DNA of 64,000 nt, from positions 1,210,507 to 1,274,506 of the forward strand of contig OY759598.1 of NCBI GenBank assembly GCA_963662435.1, written 5' to 3'. This stretch comes from Dehalococcoidia bacterium (GTDB lineage: Bacteria > Chloroflexota > Dehalococcoidia > Lucifugimonadales > VXLM01). Each line of letters begins with the position of its first letter. Position 1 is the stretch's first letter. The translations under genes and the position numbers were made by a program. This document shows positions 19,129 through 29,568 of this stretch, one piece after another. The notes under the pieces are model-generated. The model worked only from the letters and a program-made list of their open reading frames with translations, was not told the origin of the DNA and made no database searches.

Positions 19129-19938
19129 CTAGTCCATCACTGTTCCGCCGCCGATGTTGATGGACTGGCCGTGAATCCATGAGGCGGCCTCGGAGCAGAG
19201 GAAGGCGATGAGGCCTGCTACTTCCTCCGGCGTGCCCGCGCGGCCAATCGGGGCCAGTTTTGCGCGTTCCTGCCAGACTTCTCCCCTGCCAAGTGGGTCC
19301 AGTCGAGAAGTATCGACGAGGCCCGGACAGACAGCGTTGACATTGATGCCGTGTGGGCCGAGTTCTAGCGCCATGGACTGGGTCATGCCGATCTGAGCGA
19401 AATTGGCGGCGTTGTAGGCGAGGGTTGCGGCCGACGCCCGCTTTCCGGCAGCCGACGCGATGGTCACGATCTTGCCGCCTTCACCCTGCTCCATGAGGAC
19501 TTTGGCGACGGCCTTGCTGCACAGATAGGTGCCACGGACTTTGACATCTATCACCTTCTGGAATGTCTCGGGATCGAGTTCGATGAGGGGAACACGGTCG
19601 GGGCCATATCGGTACGCGGCATTGTTTACGAGGATGTCGATGCGTCCAAACTCCTCCAGCGCGCGTTCGACCATGGTGTCAACATCGTCTTCGTCGGTCA
19701 CGGTGCCTATTGTAGTCAGTGCACGTCGGCCAAGTGCACGCGCCTCTTCGGCGGTGCTCTCAATGTCTCGCCAGCCGATCTCCTGCTCGTCCGGCGGAAA
19801 CGTGGAGGGGTCGCGTCCCGTGCCGGTGAGGACGAGGTCCGCACCCATCTCCGCAAGGGCATGCGCGGTGGATCTGCCTATGCTGCGCCTTCGTCCGGCC
19901 CCGGTGATGATGGCTACTTTGCCCTCAAGCTCGCCCAT
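19129..19938 (-). CDS. SDR family oxidoreductase
   Basis: TGAG..SIG, LVNNA, NVNAVCPG, IHGQSINIGGG. The YxxxK position reads YNAAN. Confidence 0.9.
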   Translation of the reverse strand: MGELEGKVAIITGAGRRRSIGRSTAHALAEMGADLVLTGTGRDPSTFPPDEQEIGWRDIESTAEEARALGRRALTTIGTVTDEDDVDTMVERALEEFGRIDILVNNAAYRYGPDRVPLIELDPETFQKVIDVKVRGTYLCSKAVAKVLMEQGEGGKIVTIASAAGKRASAATLAYNAANFAQIGMTQSMALELGPHGINVNAVCPGLVDTSRLDPLGRGEVWQERAKLAPIGRAGTPEEVAGLIAFLCSEAASWIHGQSINIGGGTVMD

Positions 19939-20248
19939 GGTGCGCCTCGCTTTCCCGTTCGTATCGACAGTAGTGATGGGGGCATTATGACGAATGGACA
20001 CTGACGGGGCAACGGTGAGAATTCAGCACAGAGGGCGCAAAGACCAGAAAGATTGAATGGTGCTGGGTGCTAGGTGCCGGGTTCTGGGAGATGTGATAGT
20101 GCGTGGACGGGGGATTCATCGCAGAGTGCATTTCGCAAAGGTCTCCGTTTGCGAGTATGACACATGAGTACGAGTTATCTGCGTTGACACTATAGGACAC
20201 CCGCAACTACACTCCGAACTCATCAATCGGAACGGAGAAAGTGGATAC

Positions 20249-21373
20249 ATGGATAGCATCAGCGTGTACGAGCGGCTAGGAGTGAGGCGGGTCATCAACG
20301 CTTGGGGCGTGTCGACTGAGCTTGGGGGATGGAGCCAGACCGAACGGGTTACACAAGCGATGGAGGAGGCGAATCACGGAACCGTGGAGATGCAGGAGCT
20401 CCTGCAGAAGTCAGGGGACTTCATCGCAGACCTGCTGGGCGTAGAGGCGGCGTTCGTCACATCGGGAGCGGCCGCCGCTCAAGCGCTGAGCGTTGCCGCG
20501 TGCATGGCGGGCACCGACCCGGATCGCATCGCCCAACTCCCGGACACGACGGGGATGAAGAACGAGGTCGTCATCCAGAAGCGAAATAGGTACATGTTCG
20601 ACAGGTGCTACACGCTCACGGGAGCTAGGCTCGTGGACGCTGGGGACGACGATGGGGCGAGCGAGGATGACCTGAACGCGGCAATCGGTCCGAATACTGC
20701 CGCCGTGGCCTACTACATTCAGCCGCCCTTCGACGACTCCATCGTCTCGTTGGAGGACACGGTCGCCCTCGCGCGTTCCCAGGGTTTGACGGCGCTTGCG
20801 GATGCCTGTTCGCAGATATACCCGCTCGACTATTTTCGCAGATGCGCGCAGTCGGCTGATCTCGTGACGTTTGGGGCCAAGTACATTGGTGCGCCGCATT
20901 CGGCAGGATTCGTTTGTGGTAAGCGCGACCTCATAGACGCGGTGACGGCCCAGGCCTTCGTGGCGTACCACTACGACGGCGGAAAGGCTATCGGTCGCGC
21001 GATGAAGATCGACCGGCACGAAATAATCGGCGTGGTCACGGCTCTCGAGGACTGGTTCACGATGGACCACGAGGAACGGTTCCTCGATTACGATTCGAAG
21101 TTCGCGGTCATCGACGTCGCTCTCCGAGACGTGGAAGGGGTTAGCACCCGGTTGGTTGACATTCCATACTATATTCCACAGGTGATGCACATTGACCTTG
21201 ACGAGTCGGTGGTCGGAAAGACAGCGGAAGAAGTGCGCCTTGAGCTCGACGCCGGCACCCCTCGCATCTGGGTAGGGGCCGTGGACGGCTCGCTCAACGT
21301 AGTCACCAACTGCATGAACGACGAAGAGACCGACTTTGTGGCTGGACGATTGCGGGAGACGCTTGGAAGGTAA
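20249..21373 (+). CDS. SelA-like / DgaE-like PLP-dependent enzyme
   Basis: LGVRRVINAWG, TSGAAAA, LPDTTGMKNEV, PLP lysine in FGAKYIG, GRAMK. Confidence 0.8.
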   Translation: MDSISVYERLGVRRVINAWGVSTELGGWSQTERVTQAMEEANHGTVEMQELLQKSGDFIADLLGVEAAFVTSGAAAAQALSVAACMAGTDPDRIAQLPDTTGMKNEVVIQKRNRYMFDRCYTLTGARLVDAGDDDGASEDDLNAAIGPNTAAVAYYIQPPFDDSIVSLEDTVALARSQGLTALADACSQIYPLDYFRRCAQSADLVTFGAKYIGAPHSAGFVCGKRDLIDAVTAQAFVAYHYDGGKAIGRAMKIDRHEIIGVVTALEDWFTMDHEERFLDYDSKFAVIDVALRDVEGVSTRLVDIPYYIPQVMHIDLDESVVGKTAEEVRLELDAGTPRIWVGAVDGSLNVVTNCMNDEETDFVAGRLRETLGR

Positions 21374-21551
21374 TCTTCCAGGAAGGGTGTTCTCTTGCGA
21401 TTCGATTCACTCTGCACGTGTCTGCGCTCTCAGGGCAGGTGCCTTCTCACCAGCCGATGTCCCATGTGACAGGGTAATCCTTCGCCTTCCAGGGGTGACT
21501 TGAGATAATCTGTAGACTGGTTGTGAATCTCCCTGCACAATCACCCCTACC

Positions 21552-23339
21552 ATGAACCTTCCCGCCACATTCCGAGAACCGGCAGTAACCGTCAAGGCAC
21601 GGAAGTATGGCAGCTTGCTCAGGCGGTATATGCTCCCGCAGCTTCCATTCGTCATCACGCTGGGTATCCTGCTGTTCACCGGACTGGGCCTTCAGCTTGT
21701 CCTGCCCCAGATCATCCGGTATTTCATTGACGAGGCGCAAAAAGGCAGTCCTCTGGACAGTCTGACCGCCGCCGCGGTTCTCTTCATCGTAATCACCATA
21801 ATCCAACAGTTTGTACAAGTCTTCGCGACCTACTTCTCCGAGCGGGTCGGTTGGACTGCAACCAACAACATTCGCGAGGACCTCGCTGAACACGCTCTCT
21901 CGCTCGATATGGCGTACCACAACGATCACACGCCCGGGGAGATGATCGAGCGAATCGACGGGGACCCGAATGAGTTGGGTACTTTCTTCTCTCTGTTCAT
22001 TTTCGAGATGCTTGGCAGCCTTATCCTGCTCGTGGGCATCCTGGCGCTCATGCTCCGCGAGGACTGGCGAGCCGGCCTCACTCTGGGCATTTTCGTTGCA
22101 GGGGCAACGTTCATTCTAACCAGCATTCGCACAATCGCCGTCCCCTACTGGAAGGCAAATCGCGAGGCCAGCGCCGACACGTTCGGCTTCTTGGAGGAGC
22201 GTCTCGCGGGCACCGAGGACATTCGCTCGAACGACGCCAAGCCCTATGTAATGCTACGTTTCCACCAGCTGATGCGGAACTGGTATGAGAAGGCCCTCAA
22301 AGCCGGACTCATGAGCAGCGTCATGTTTAGCACCACGATGTTCATGTTCGGCGTGGGGAGCGCTGTATCGCTGTCCCTCGGGGCTTACCTCTACTTCGGC
22401 GGCTGGATCACTCTCGGCACCGTCTATTTGATCTTCCACTACACACAGATGCTTGTAATGCCCATCAACCGGTTCACCCAGCAACTCGACAACTTCCAGC
22501 GGGCCACTGCCGCCATCGCTCGCATCGTCGAACTCGACAGCGTCGAGAGGACCATTCACGATCCCCCGGTCCAAGACCGAGTTGCCGTCGCAGACGCTGT
22601 ACCGTTGTCCGTGGAGTTTGACCACGTTACATTTGCCTATGACGACGATCCCGTCCTACGAAATGTCTCTCTTGATCTCAAGCCTGGACGCGTCCTGGGC
22701 CTCTTGGGACGCACGGGCAGCGGCAAAACGACGATGACCAGGCTCCTCTTTCGACTGTACGACCCGACAGCCGGAGTGGTACGAGTGGGAGGAGAGGATA
22801 TTCGCCGGATGTCCACCGATCGACTCCGCCAGCATATCTCGATGGTTACGCAGGACGTGAGACTCTTCCATGGTTCAGTGCGGGAGAACCTAACATTCTT
22901 CGACGAGTCCATCAGCGACGAACAGCTCGTCGACGTAATTGGCGAACTTGGAATGGGCCCGTGGATCGAGTCCCTGCCCGACGGTCTCGATACGCGTCTC
23001 TTGGCAGACGGTGCCGGTCTTTCCGCCGGGGAAGCGCAGCTTCTGGCATTCGGGCGAGTCTTTCTCGCAGGATCGGGCGTACTGATACTCGACGAGGCTT
23101 CGTCCCGGCTCGACCGGAGCACGGAGCAGATGATAGAACGAGCCGTCGACCGACTGGTCAAAGACCGTTCGGTCATCGTAATCGCGCACCACCTCGTCAC
23201 GATTCGCCGGTGCGATGAGATTGCCATTATGGAACAGGGCAGGATTGTCGAGCACGGCAACCGGGAGATCTTGGCAAGGAACCCGACGACCCAGTTCCAC
23301 CGGCTGCTTCAAACCGGACTCGAAGAGGTGCTAACGTGA
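21552..23339 (+). CDS. ABC exporter subunit (TMD+NBD)
   Basis: GRTGSGKT, degenerate signature LSAGE, Walker B ILDE, 6 TM. Confidence 0.92.
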   Translation: MNLPATFREPAVTVKARKYGSLLRRYMLPQLPFVITLGILLFTGLGLQLVLPQIIRYFIDEAQKGSPLDSLTAAAVLFIVITIIQQFVQVFATYFSERVGWTATNNIREDLAEHALSLDMAYHNDHTPGEMIERIDGDPNELGTFFSLFIFEMLGSLILLVGILALMLREDWRAGLTLGIFVAGATFILTSIRTIAVPYWKANREASADTFGFLEERLAGTEDIRSNDAKPYVMLRFHQLMRNWYEKALKAGLMSSVMFSTTMFMFGVGSAVSLSLGAYLYFGGWITLGTVYLIFHYTQMLVMPINRFTQQLDNFQRATAAIARIVELDSVERTIHDPPVQDRVAVADAVPLSVEFDHVTFAYDDDPVLRNVSLDLKPGRVLGLLGRTGSGKTTMTRLLFRLYDPTAGVVRVGGEDIRRMSTDRLRQHISMVTQDVRLFHGSVRENLTFFDESISDEQLVDVIGELGMGPWIESLPDGLDTRLLADGAGLSAGEAQLLAFGRVFLAGSGVLILDEASSRLDRSTEQMIERAVDRLVKDRSVIVIAHHLVTIRRCDEIAIMEQGRIVEHGNREILARNPTTQFHRLLQTGLEEVLT

Positions 23340-25105
23340 GCACCCTTCGATACCTCATCCGACTGACGCGCTATCAACCGAGATACTTTGTCATGCTCGG
23401 AGCCCGCGCCATCAGCATCGGCCTGATTCCCCAGGGCATTGCGCTGACAAGCCGGGCGATATTCGACAACATCACAAGCGAGCAGGCCGCAACGATCGGG
23501 TTCTGGAGTCTTGCGGCCATCTTGCTTTCCTTCGCTGTGATCCGATCGATAATGATCTTCGGCAATATCATCCTCTCGGTCCGAGTTGAGTTCACCTTCG
23601 CGACGCTACTTCGGAAGAACGTCTTCGACCACATCCTCGATCAGCCGGGCAACAACGCCCTACCCGAGTCGACCGGCGAGGCCGTCACCCGGTTCCGCGA
23701 AGACGTCGACTATGTCAATAAGTATCTCCAGCGGATCGGGTTCGCCTTCCCGCTCCTTGTGTTCGGCGTGATAGCCCTCTTCATCATGATCGGCATCGAC
23801 ACGGTCATCACGTTCTACGTGTTTCTTCCGCTGGCCATAATCATGGTTACCGTAAGCGCGGCTTCACGCTGGCTGCGTCGCTTCCGCCTCGACAACCGGG
23901 AGGCGACCGGCGATGTCACAAGTCTTCTCGGTGAGATGTTCGGTTCCGTTGAGGCAATTAAGGTCGCAAACGCTGAGAGCAGGATGGTAACTGAGTTCAA
24001 GCGACTCAACAGCCGCCGCAAGACCTTCACCATTCGTGACACGCTCCTGACACAGTCCCTGAACTCCGTATTCCAAAATACAGTCACCATAGGCACCGGA
24101 CTCATTTTGCTCATCGCTGCCTCGTCCATGAGGGACGGTTCATTCACCATCGGGGACTTCGCCCTGTTCGTCAGCTACCTCTACATGGTCGGCTGGCTGA
24201 ACTCGGAGATCGGAGGAGTCCTCGCCGAGTACCGTCAGACCGGAGTTTCGTTCGACCGCCTGAGAGGCCTGATCCCGAGCGCTCCGGCCGGTCGACTGGT
24301 CCAGCATCAGCAGGCCTACCTCGCGGGCGCTTATCCGGATGTGCCATTCACCGCCAAGACGGATGGCCATCGTCTCGATCTTGTTGAAGCCGAGGGGTTG
24401 AGCTATCGATACGGTGACAACGGACGGGGGATCGAGGACATCTCCCTCCGCGTCCCGCGCGGCTCGCTCACCGTTATTACGGGGAGAATCGGTTCCGGCA
24501 AGACCACGTTGCTCCGCGCATTGCTCGGTCTTCTGCCCAGGGACTCCGGAGTGGTCAGGTGGAACGGAGAGTCGGTCGACGACCTCGCCACCTTCTTCGT
24601 GCCCCCACGCTCGGCCTATACGTCCCAGGTGCCCCGCCTCTTCAGCGAACCGCTCAGGGACAACATCCTCTTGGGTCTGCCGCAGGACAAGATCGATCTC
24701 AATGCCGCCCTGAACGCTGCCGTCATGGAACAGGACGTACGTGAATTGACCGACGGACTCGACACCGTCGTGGGCGCGAGAGGGGTAAAACTGTCCGGCG
24801 GACAGCTCCGCCGCTCCGCTGCAGCAAGAATGTTCGTCCGCGACCCGGAACTCCTCGTCTTCGACGACCTCTCATCCGGCCTCGACGTAGACACCGAACA
24901 GCAGCTTTGGGATCGTCTCTTCAGTCGTTCAGAGGCCACGGCCCTCGTCGTCTCCCACCGCCGTGCCGCCCTCCGCCGCGCCGACCACGTCATCGTCCTC
25001 AAAGACGGTCGCGTCGAAGCCGAAGGCACTCTCGCCGACCTCCTAAACACCTCCGACGAAATGCGCCGCCTCTGGGCCGGCGAGGTTGAGGCAGCCGCGA
25101 CTTAG
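23336..25105 (+). CDS. ABC exporter subunit (TMD+NBD), heterodimer partner
   Basis: [13 protein letters not shown], degenerate Walker B VFDD; GTGA start/stop overlap with the previous gene. Confidence 0.92.
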   Translation: MSTLRYLIRLTRYQPRYFVMLGARAISIGLIPQGIALTSRAIFDNITSEQAATIGFWSLAAILLSFAVIRSIMIFGNIILSVRVEFTFATLLRKNVFDHILDQPGNNALPESTGEAVTRFREDVDYVNKYLQRIGFAFPLLVFGVIALFIMIGIDTVITFYVFLPLAIIMVTVSAASRWLRRFRLDNREATGDVTSLLGEMFGSVEAIKVANAESRMVTEFKRLNSRRKTFTIRDTLLTQSLNSVFQNTVTIGTGLILLIAASSMRDGSFTIGDFALFVSYLYMVGWLNSEIGGVLAEYRQTGVSFDRLRGLIPSAPAGRLVQHQQAYLAGAYPDVPFTAKTDGHRLDLVEAEGLSYRYGDNGRGIEDISLRVPRGSLTVITGRIGSGKTTLLRALLGLLPRDSGVVRWNGESVDDLATFFVPPRSAYTSQVPRLFSEPLRDNILLGLPQDKIDLNAALNAAVMEQDVRELTDGLDTVVGARGVKLSGGQLRRSAAARMFVRDPELLVFDDLSSGLDVDTEQQLWDRLFSRSEATALVVSHRRAALRRADHVIVLKDGRVEAEGTLADLLNTSDEMRRLWAGEVEAAAT

Positions 25106-25126
25106 CCGCTCCAAGCCCCCGAATTC

Positions 25127-25918
25127 CTACTTCTCCCTCCACGGGAGTTTCCAGAGTCCGATGGCCATGGCCCCGAATGCGGACACAGCAAGCACCGCAA
25201 TCTCCACCGCCACGTCGGTTCGGCCGGTGAGCGAGGCTGACAAGCCGTCGGCTGCGTACCTAAGCGGTGAAACGTAGCCGAGCCAGCGGAGGAGCAACGG
25301 GGCTTGGTCCATGGTGTAGAAGACAGGCGAAACCATCGCCAGGACTATCCCTACAATGTTTGCCATCATACTTCCGACCGTCAGCGAGGTTGCGAAGCTG
25401 GTTATGAATAGGGATAAACCAGCCAAGAATAGAACGGCCAATACAACCACAGGGAGGAAGGTCCAGGTCGGGTCAATGTCGATCCTGGAGGCAAGAGCGA
25501 ACACGAGGATAGCGATGACCGAACCAGCGCTAACCATCGAAGAGTTCACCATGATACCCACGACATAGGCGAACTTGGAGATCGGGGCAGTGATCATCAG
25601 CTTCAAATTCCCGCCGAAGCGCTCTGCCAAGAGTTCCTGCGAAAGTTGATTGGCCGTGGAGAAGGAGACGCTGAAGACCAGTGTTCCGGCTATGATCCTG
25701 ATCTGCGCAGCGGGGTCGTCGGCGACGTAGGCGTTCAGCATATAGAACAGCGGCAACGGAAAGACCAGCACACCGATAAGAAACCAATGCCAGTTCTTCG
25801 CACTGATCCTGGCCTTAATCCCAACTACTGTGGATATGTCGCCAAGCAGCTTTTCCTGACCCGCAAGCTGAAGTACCATCGTTTGGGGAAGAGTAATGGA
25901 CTCAGGTAGATGTTTCAT
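25127..25918 (-). CDS. ABC-2 type permease
   Basis: 6 TM; 'ER..G.LK....P', 'SPVFY....P..L....SPLRYAA'. Confidence 0.85.
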   Translation of the reverse strand: MKHLPESITLPQTMVLQLAGQEKLLGDISTVVGIKARISAKNWHWFLIGVLVFPLPLFYMLNAYVADDPAAQIRIIAGTLVFSVSFSTANQLSQELLAERFGGNLKLMITAPISKFAYVVGIMVNSSMVSAGSVIAILVFALASRIDIDPTWTFLPVVVLAVLFLAGLSLFITSFATSLTVGSMMANIVGIVLAMVSPVFYTMDQAPLLLRWLGYVSPLRYAADGLSASLTGRTDVAVEIAVLAVSAFGAMAIGLWKLPWREK

Positions 25919-26789
25919 TGAGTATTCCTTCGCCTGTGAGCGCGAGGTACACATCCTCTAGGTTAGCTCTGGATATCGCAAACTCCTGTACATCCAGGTG
26001 CCTCAACTGATCACTTAGTTCATGACTGGTGCCGCCGAAGACCGTCTGCATCTCTCCGTCGCCGTTGCGAAACGTCGACTTGAACTCCAGTCTGTGAGCA
26101 ATGCGGAGCGCGTCGAGGGAGTCTATGGCCAGCATTCGCCCTCTGTTGATGATGCCGACGCGATCGCTAAGCCCCTCAGCTTCTTCCATATAGTGGGTAG
26201 TGAGCAACACTGCTGTACCGTCAGATTTGTACCGGGTTACTACGGACCATAGGTCGCGCCTCGACTGCGGATCTAGTCCGACGGTCGGCTCATCCAACAC
26301 CAAGAGCGGAGGGCGTGAAAGCACGGCGATGCCGACGAGGACTCTTCGGCGAAGGCCTCCTGACAGTTCGCTTGAAAACTTGTTTCGATGGTCACCGAGC
26401 CGAAGCGCTTCGACCAGCTCGTCCGCTCGAGCACGCGCGTCCCTCGTGGACAAGCCATGAAGCCTCCCGAAAGCTCGAAGATGTTGCCACACGGAGAACT
26501 GGGGATACAGGGCAGCCTCCTGTGGGATAGTCCCCATCAGCCCTTTGACTCGTAACGGATCGGAGACGACGCTGTAACCCATCACTCGGACAACACCCGA
26601 AGTAGGTAGAAGCTCTGTCGTAATCTGCCGTACCAAGGTGGTCTTCCCAGCCCCGTTAGGACCCAGGATGCTTAAGACCTCTCCTTTTTCGACGGTGAAA
26701 GTGATGTCACGGTTAGCCCACGTGCCGTCTTTATAGCGTTTGTTAAGTGCGTCTACCTCTACGACTAATGGGCTTGTTGTGTCATTCAT
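25902..26789 (-). CDS. ABC-2 type ATP-binding protein
   Basis: GPNGAGKTT, LSGG, LDEPTVGLD, TTHYMEEA. Confidence 0.93.
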   Translation of the reverse strand: MNDTTSPLVVEVDALNKRYKDGTWANRDITFTVEKGEVLSILGPNGAGKTTLVRQITTELLPTSGVVRVMGYSVVSDPLRVKGLMGTIPQEAALYPQFSVWQHLRAFGRLHGLSTRDARARADELVEALRLGDHRNKFSSELSGGLRRRVLVGIAVLSRPPLLVLDEPTVGLDPQSRRDLWSVVTRYKSDGTAVLLTTHYMEEAEGLSDRVGIINRGRMLAIDSLDALRIAHRLEFKSTFRNGDGEMQTVFGGTSHELSDQLRHLDVQEFAISRANLEDVYLALTGEGILNETST

Positions 26790-26833
26790 GCTTGCACGTG
26801 CGGAACAGAATTGCCGATTCGGACGCGCACCCC

Positions 26834-27250
26834 CTACTCCGTATATATGATCACCCGCTCCCCAGCGTCCTGGAAGTCCATTTCCAACTCGGCCAGCCCC
26901 TCGATCAGTTCATCCAGGCCGGAGTCCCCGTCGAGCTGCGCGAGATCGATTCCTCGCTCCTTCAGCCTGTCGTTCCACTTCCCTCCGGGTCCGCTGGCAA
27001 AGAGACCCCCCAGCTTCACGCCACCGCGGATAAGGCTCAGCGGCACGCGAATGTCGAACCGCTCTTCACCGTCCACGCCAACGATCCTCAGGTACTTGCC
27101 GGGGCCGTTTCGCCGCTTCGGTCGAAAGCCTGCCTCCAAAGGCTCCGATGCCGACGGAGCTTCCACAAGCGAAAGCAGCCGTTCCGCCTCCTCGACACTT
27201 ACCTTGCCCTCGGAGAGCATCTCGAGCACTCGTTTCCTATTGTCGTCCAT
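26834..27250 (-). CDS. SHOCT-like N-terminal domain protein (DUF2089-operon partner)
   Basis: RKRVLEMLSEGKVSVEEAERLL then KYLRI...IRVPLSL; RBS GAGGAGG. Confidence 0.75.
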   Translation of the reverse strand: MDDNRKRVLEMLSEGKVSVEEAERLLSLVEAPSASEPLEAGFRPKRRNGPGKYLRIVGVDGEERFDIRVPLSLIRGGVKLGGLFASGPGGKWNDRLKERGIDLAQLDGDSGLDELIEGLAELEMDFQDAGERVIIYTE

Positions 27251-27264
27251 CAAATACCTCCTCA

Positions 27265-27894
27265 CTATCTGTCGTCCCGACGCCGTTCACGGACAGGATG
27301 ACTCACAAGACCGTGCCGGGCGGTATCTGCCCGCCCAGTGGCACACGAAGCGCCGGGCGACACATCCGCCTCTTCTCCGATCTCAGCGCCTACGCTAATG
27401 TTGGCGTCCTCACCGATCTTCGCTTTCTCGAAGGTGACCGCCCCTTCGGAGACCTTCGCCCTCTTCCCTATCACCGCGAAGAGTCCAACCATCGCGCCAT
27501 GATTGATCTCGCAGCCTTCCGACAGTTGCGTCCCTTCATGGATGACCGCGCCCGCCCCAATCTTGACGACGCCCTCGACGACCACTCCCTCGCGCACGGT
27601 GGCGCCCTCGCCTATCTCACTGCCCGGCGGGAACTTCACGTCGGGACTGATGTGAACGCCTGGACCCGTCTTTACACCGCGTCCAAGCCAGACTACCTCC
27701 TTCCTCTCGCCTTCGTCATGCCTCTCTTCCCCATCATTTCCGAGTTCGGGAGGCTGAGTCTTCAGGTACGAATCGGGTGCGGCTTCGGGCGACGATTCGT
27801 GCCCGCTGAGCGCCTCAAACAGTCGCTCAGCCTCGTCGACGCTTCTCTTGCCCTCGGACAGCATTCCGAGTATGCGTTCACTGTCAGTTTTCAC
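27265..27894 (-). CDS. SHOCT-like domain + hexapeptide (LbH) repeat protein; probable +1 frameshift near C-terminus (true stop at 27303)
   Basis: ERILGMLSEGKRSVDEAERL; IGEGAT/IGAGAV/IGKRAK/IGEDAN repeats. Confidence 0.75.
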   Translation of the reverse strand: MKTDSERILGMLSEGKRSVDEAERLFEALSGHESSPEAAPDSYLKTQPPELGNDGEERHDEGERKEVVWLGRGVKTGPGVHISPDVKFPPGSEIGEGATVREGVVVEGVVKIGAGAVIHEGTQLSEGCEINHGAMVGLFAVIGKRAKVSEGAVTFEKAKIGEDANISVGAEIGEEADVSPGASCATGRADTARHGLVSHPVRERRRDDR

Positions 27895-27946
27895 TAGCGT
27901 TCCTCCGCCCTAACGATCACGCCAACTCCTGTTTCTGGCAGCGGCC

Positions 27947-28639
27947 TTACCAGATCGCACCCGCCGGCACGTTCCCCCCTTTGGGTACATGTTTTCCCGG
28001 TGACACTTTCGCCCCCTCCCCGATGTTCGCCCCCATCCCAATTGTGGCGCCATCGCCAATTTCTGTTCCTTCACCTACTAGTGCACCCTTTTCTATGGTG
28101 GCTTCGGCATTGATCTTAGCCCCGTCGCCAATGTTCGCGCCGGTACCGATCTTGCAGTCTCGCGACAGTTGTGCAGCTTCACCAATCACTGCACCCATCT
28201 CTACGGTGGCATCCACACCGATCTTCGCCCCATCGCCGATGTTCGCGCCTTCACCGATCTTGCAGTCCTTCATGAGGTGTGCAGCTTCACCGATAAATGC
28301 TCCCATGCCGATTTCGATGGCACTTTCGATAACGACGCCCTCACTAATATTGGCCCCCATACCTATCACACTGCCAGGAGGAACATTCACTCCTTCGCTG
28401 ACGAACGCTCCAGCACCCATTCTTATGCCAGGGCTTGGACCGATAGGCTCACCGTTGTCGTGCTCGCCCCCTGACTCTTGCCCACCGTCCTCAGGGGTCT
28501 TTGTTTCCGTGATCGGATCGGGCGGTTGGTTGGGCGTCGGCCCGTGCCCGCCGAGCGCTCCCAACAGCCGCTCGGCCTCTTCGACGGTTATCTTGCCCTC
28601 AGACAGCATTTCCAGTACGCGTTGAGTATCGTTGTTCAT
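27947..28639 (-). CDS. SHOCT-like domain + long hexapeptide (left-handed beta-helix) repeat protein
   Basis: QRVLEMLSEGKITVEEAERLL; about 25 hexads such as IGMGAN, IGEGAN, IGDGAK. Confidence 0.85.
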   Translation of the reverse strand: MNNDTQRVLEMLSEGKITVEEAERLLGALGGHGPTPNQPPDPITETKTPEDGGQESGGEHDNGEPIGPSPGIRMGAGAFVSEGVNVPPGSVIGMGANISEGVVIESAIEIGMGAFIGEAAHLMKDCKIGEGANIGDGAKIGVDATVEMGAVIGEAAQLSRDCKIGTGANIGDGAKINAEATIEKGALVGEGTEIGDGATIGMGANIGEGAKVSPGKHVPKGGNVPAGAIW

Positions 28640-28658
28640 CAGCGTTCCTCTCTTTGGC

Positions 28659-28937
28659 TCACTTGAAATAGATAAACACCGATTCTTTCGGCTCCGTGAC
28701 GTCGATTTTGAGACCGCGCAAATCGCAGTACAGGCGAAACAGAGCAGGTCCGCTCAACAGAATGGGCTTCCCCCAGCCGCTGCGCCAAGTCGCCGTTGCG
28801 GCGATGACGATGCACGGGAGCAAAAGCAAATACAGCCCGAGCGCGAGCGGCCATACGAGGATGAGCGGTATCCACAGGCTCACGCGACTGTCCTTATCCA
28901 AAACGCGCACTCGTAGTATGGACGGCGGAAACATCAT
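28659..28937 (-). CDS. Small membrane protein (DUF2089-operon partner)
   Basis: MMFPPSILRVRV...SLWIPLILVWPL..TM..LRGLKIDV; start overlaps the upstream stop. Confidence 0.7.
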   Translation of the reverse strand: MMFPPSILRVRVLDKDSRVSLWIPLILVWPLALGLYLLLLPCIVIAATATWRSGWGKPILLSGPALFRLYCDLRGLKIDVTEPKESVFIYFK

Positions 28938-29314
28938 CACCCAGACAGCCTTTCCACCGCCTCGTCGACGGAAATCTCTCCCCGTTCGAGCTGGTCGATA
29001 ACCTCGGAGCGCTCTGCGTCGTCTATCGGCTCCGGTTCGCTGACCACGAACTCGAACCGGCTTGCGATGCTGTCCAGCCGCTTCTTGACCGTCGGATAGC
29101 TGATCCCGAAGATGCGCTCCATCTGTTTGATCGACCCGTGACACTGCACGAATGTCATCACGAAGACCTGATCCTCCGCCGAGAGTCGCGCCAAAGGCGG
29201 CAGATCGAAGCTCCCCTCGATAGCGATGTCCTTTTCGGAGAATCGCACTCGCTCGACGGTGAACTCACCGTCGCCGGTCAGATCGGTAAGATCCTGCCAA
29301 GCACTAGCCATCAT
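28937..29314 (-). CDS. DUF2089 family protein (HTH + SHOCT-like C-terminus)
   Basis: IEGSF...LARLS.EDQ.FV..FV..HGSIKQMERIFGISYPTVK.RL; C-terminal 'VIDQLERGEISVDEAVERL'. Confidence 0.88.
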   Translation of the reverse strand: MMASAWQDLTDLTGDGEFTVERVRFSEKDIAIEGSFDLPPLARLSAEDQVFVMTFVQCHGSIKQMERIFGISYPTVKKRLDSIASRFEFVVSEPEPIDDAERSEVIDQLERGEISVDEAVERLSG

Positions 29315-29353
29315 TCGCTCCGCTCAAGACTCAGATCACAAGAATCACGAGTT

Positions 29354-29405
29354 ACGATACTGTATTATATCAATAAAGTCAATAGATATATTAATTATCT
29401 TGACT
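29354..29405 (-). promoter_or_regulatory. Sigma70-type promoter of the DUF2089 operon within an AT-rich inverted repeat
   Basis: Minus strand TTGACT (29382-29377), 17 bp, TATCGT (29359-29354); inverted repeat AGTCAA..AGATA / TATCT..TGACT over 29377-29405. Confidence 0.6.
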
Positions 29406-29568
29406 CTTACTCCTGTTTCAGTTCAGCAACTTCTCAGGTCGTGGGCATCGTTCTACTCCCCTATGAGTCCTTCGCGCCCTCCACGGTAAATCTCCACCTG
29501 CGCCTTGCCATCCTACCCCCACGTCCTGATAGCATGGACGCACTCACCCACCCGGAGAACGCCTATCC

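Noticed and set aside
20131..20145. TTTCGCAAAGGTCTC resembling an IS5-family/MITE end
   Set aside because: No matching partner end or target duplication found nearby.
21552..25105. Degenerate ABC motifs (LSAGE, VFDD) as a sign of decay
   Set aside because: This is the normal consensus/degenerate site arrangement of heterodimeric exporters.
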